Of a DNA stretch of 49,384 nt, positions 47,887-49,384 are shown one piece after another. The DNA comes from Thermoanaerobaculia bacterium (GTDB taxonomy: Bacteria; Acidobacteriota; Thermoanaerobaculia; Multivoradales; Multivoraceae), in NCBI GenBank assembly GCA_022824725.1, contig JAJDZH010000082.1, positions 1 through 49,384 of the forward strand, written 5' to 3'. The position numbers were made by a program, and so were the translations under genes. Each line of letters starts with the position of its first letter. The stretch's first letter is position 1. Under the pieces are notes generated by a model. The model had not been told where the DNA came from and searched no databases. It saw nothing but the letters and a program-made list of their open reading frames with translations.

Positions 47887-47938
47887 TGGGTTCTCCCTGT
47901 TCTCGGTGTGTTCGGGCAGCCGCATCCGCGCTCGGTTG

Positions 47939-49384
47939 CTAGGGCCGCGCTCCTCCCGCCGTTTCCTGCGGCGGCGCCTGGGGTTTCATCCGTTCGGCCG
48001 CAACCATATCCGCCACGTCGGCGAGCAGCTTCTTCGCGTCGTAGACGATGCCGTCCTTGATCGTGTAGCGGACGCCGCCGACCCGCTCGGGCCGGCCGGT
48101 GTCGTCGTTCAGCCTGACGGCGCCGGTGCCGTAGAGCACCTTCAGGTTGGCGATCGGGTTCTCGTCGACGACGAGGAGATCGGCGAGCATCCCCTCGCGC
48201 ACGATCCCGATCTCGATGTCTTCGCCGCTCGCCTTCACGAGTTCCTCGGCGCCGTGCATCGTCGCCGAGCGGATCACCTCGAGCGGATGGAAGCCCGCCT
48301 CCTGCAGCATCTCGAGTTCGAGGATCGTGCCGAAACCGTAGGTCTGGTAGATGAACCCCGAATCCGAACCCACGGTGACCCGGCCGCCGCGGTTCTTGTA
48401 CTCGTTCAGGAACCGCATCCAGACGCGGTAGAAGTTCTTCCAGGCCACCTCGTCCGCCGTCGTCCAGTAGAACCAGTAGGAGCCGTGGTCCAGGCGGCTG
48501 GGGGCGTAGAACTCGGCCAAGCTGGGCAGCGTGTAGTCCGCGTGCCAGTCGGCGTTGCGCGCCCGCATCACGTCGCGGCTGGCAGAGTAGATCGTCATCG
48601 TCGGGTTGATGAAGAAGTCGAGTTCCAGGAACTCCTCCAGGAGGGCGTTCCAGCGCTCGCCTCCGGGCTCGACCAGCCGCCACTGCCGGGCCACCTGGCC
48701 GAAGCGGAACTGCTCGTCCATGTAGTTCATCTCGGCCGGCCAGGGCTGCACGTCGGCGCCCTCGTACATCGACTCGAACAGGCCATAGAAGTGGGTCATC
48801 CCGACCAGTCCCAACCGCGCAGAGTCGATCGCGTTCATGTTGCCGACGCCCATCTGGTCGAGGTGGGCGGTCGACCCCATGCCCAGGCTGCCGGCCTCGT
48901 CGAGCAACGCCGCCATGATCTTCGGCGGGAAGGCGCCGAGCTTCAGACCGTCCACGCCCTTCTCGTGGGCGTAGCGGACCCACTCGCGGGCGTCCACGGG
49001 AGTGCGAATGTCCCGGTCCTTCCACTCCTTGCCGCTGCCCGGACGCTGAAAGGAAACGAAGCGCGGCGCGGTGATCTCGTTCCTCCGGCTGCGCTCCTTC
49101 TCGCTCAGGTCCCACTCGAGCGGTCCGGTGGGCACGCCGCGCGCAGTCGTGACGCCGTGCGCCATCCACAGCTTGTAGATGTACTCGGCACGCGGCGCCT
49201 TCGGCACGCCGCCGGTGTGGACGTGGAGATCGACCAGGCCCGGCAGCACCCAGGAACCGGAGAGATCGAGCTCGTGGTCGGCGTCCTTGGGGCGCCTGCT
49301 TTCGTCGATCTCGGTGTTCGCCATGCCGAGGCTCTTGATCTCCTCGATGCGGTTGCCCTCGATGACGATGTCGACCGGGCCCAT
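47939..49384 (-). CDS. amidohydrolase family metal-dependent hydrolase; N-terminus probably beyond the right window edge
   Basis: IVIEGNRIEEI, LPGLVDLHVHTGG, GSTAHL and VTVGSDSGF. The frame is open to the last base of the window. Confidence 0.85.
   Translation of the reverse strand: MGPVDIVIEGNRIEEIKSLGMANTEIDESRRPKDADHELDLSGSWVLPGLVDLHVHTGGVPKAPRAEYIYKLWMAHGVTTARGVPTGPLEWDLSEKERSRRNEITAPRFVSFQRPGSGKEWKDRDIRTPVDAREWVRYAHEKGVDGLKLGAFPPKIMAALLDEAGSLGMGSTAHLDQMGVGNMNAIDSARLGLVGMTHFYGLFESMYEGADVQPWPAEMNYMDEQFRFGQVARQWRLVEPGGERWNALLEEFLELDFFINPTMTIYSASRDVMRARNADWHADYTLPSLAEFYAPSRLDHGSYWFYWTTADEVAWKNFYRVWMRFLNEYKNRGGRVTVGSDSGFIYQTYGFGTILELEMLQEAGFHPLEVIRSATMHGAEELVKASGEDIEIGIVREGMLADLLVVDENPIANLKVLYGTGAVRLNDDTGRPERVGGVRYTIKDGIVYDAKKLLADVADMVAAERMKPQAPPQETAGGARP

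Noticed and set aside
49382-49384. ATG exactly at the window edge as the true start of the amidohydrolase
   Set aside because: The frame is still open at the last base. The sequence begins inside the conserved N-terminal beta-sandwich segment (...VDIVIEGNRIEEI) with no signal or N-terminal region, so the gene most likely continues beyond the window.

Overview
49.4 kb of a high-GC chromosome from a diderm bacterium (lpxB is present; the phylum cannot be assigned from sequence alone). I support about 39 protein-coding genes. I found no rRNA, tRNA, CRISPR array, transposase, integrase or prophage signature. Most of the window is tightly packed core housekeeping. The recognisable genes are thrC plus an AGCS symporter; yicC-gmk-rpoZ-coaBC-UDG; lpxB; rpsA-ihfB; queG-folA-thyA; a YifB/ComM ATPase, an M23 peptidase, secA and guaB; and the run pepP-like/trxA/ribF/rimO/VLCAD-like ACAD/hyuB, which sits divergent from an acyl-CoA synthetase. 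Many long 'shadow' ORFs in the track are high-GC artefacts lying opposite these genes. The ORF track also translates GTG/TTG starts as M, so several starts were re-picked by hand. Three accessory loci stand out. (1) A 1,882-aa secreted mosaic protein (41311-46959, minus strand) combines a duplicated unassigned 4-Cys domain, Big_2, two different LRR solenoids each followed by a shared post-LRR domain, Calx-beta, a cadherin-like module and a C-terminal leishmanolysin-type (M8-like) zinc protease. This is the best candidate for something undescribed. (2) A membrane-anchored Hanks-type pseudokinase with PEGA-like ectodomains heads a GT2-GT4-CPBP protease operon. (3) An acyltransferase-GT4-GT4-GT2 block is transcriptionally packed onto thyA-folA-queG. 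A 458-bp divergent intergenic region holds a promoter / SD / 29-codon ORF / hairpin unit of unknown function. All family calls come from reading motifs by eye; no database search was run.
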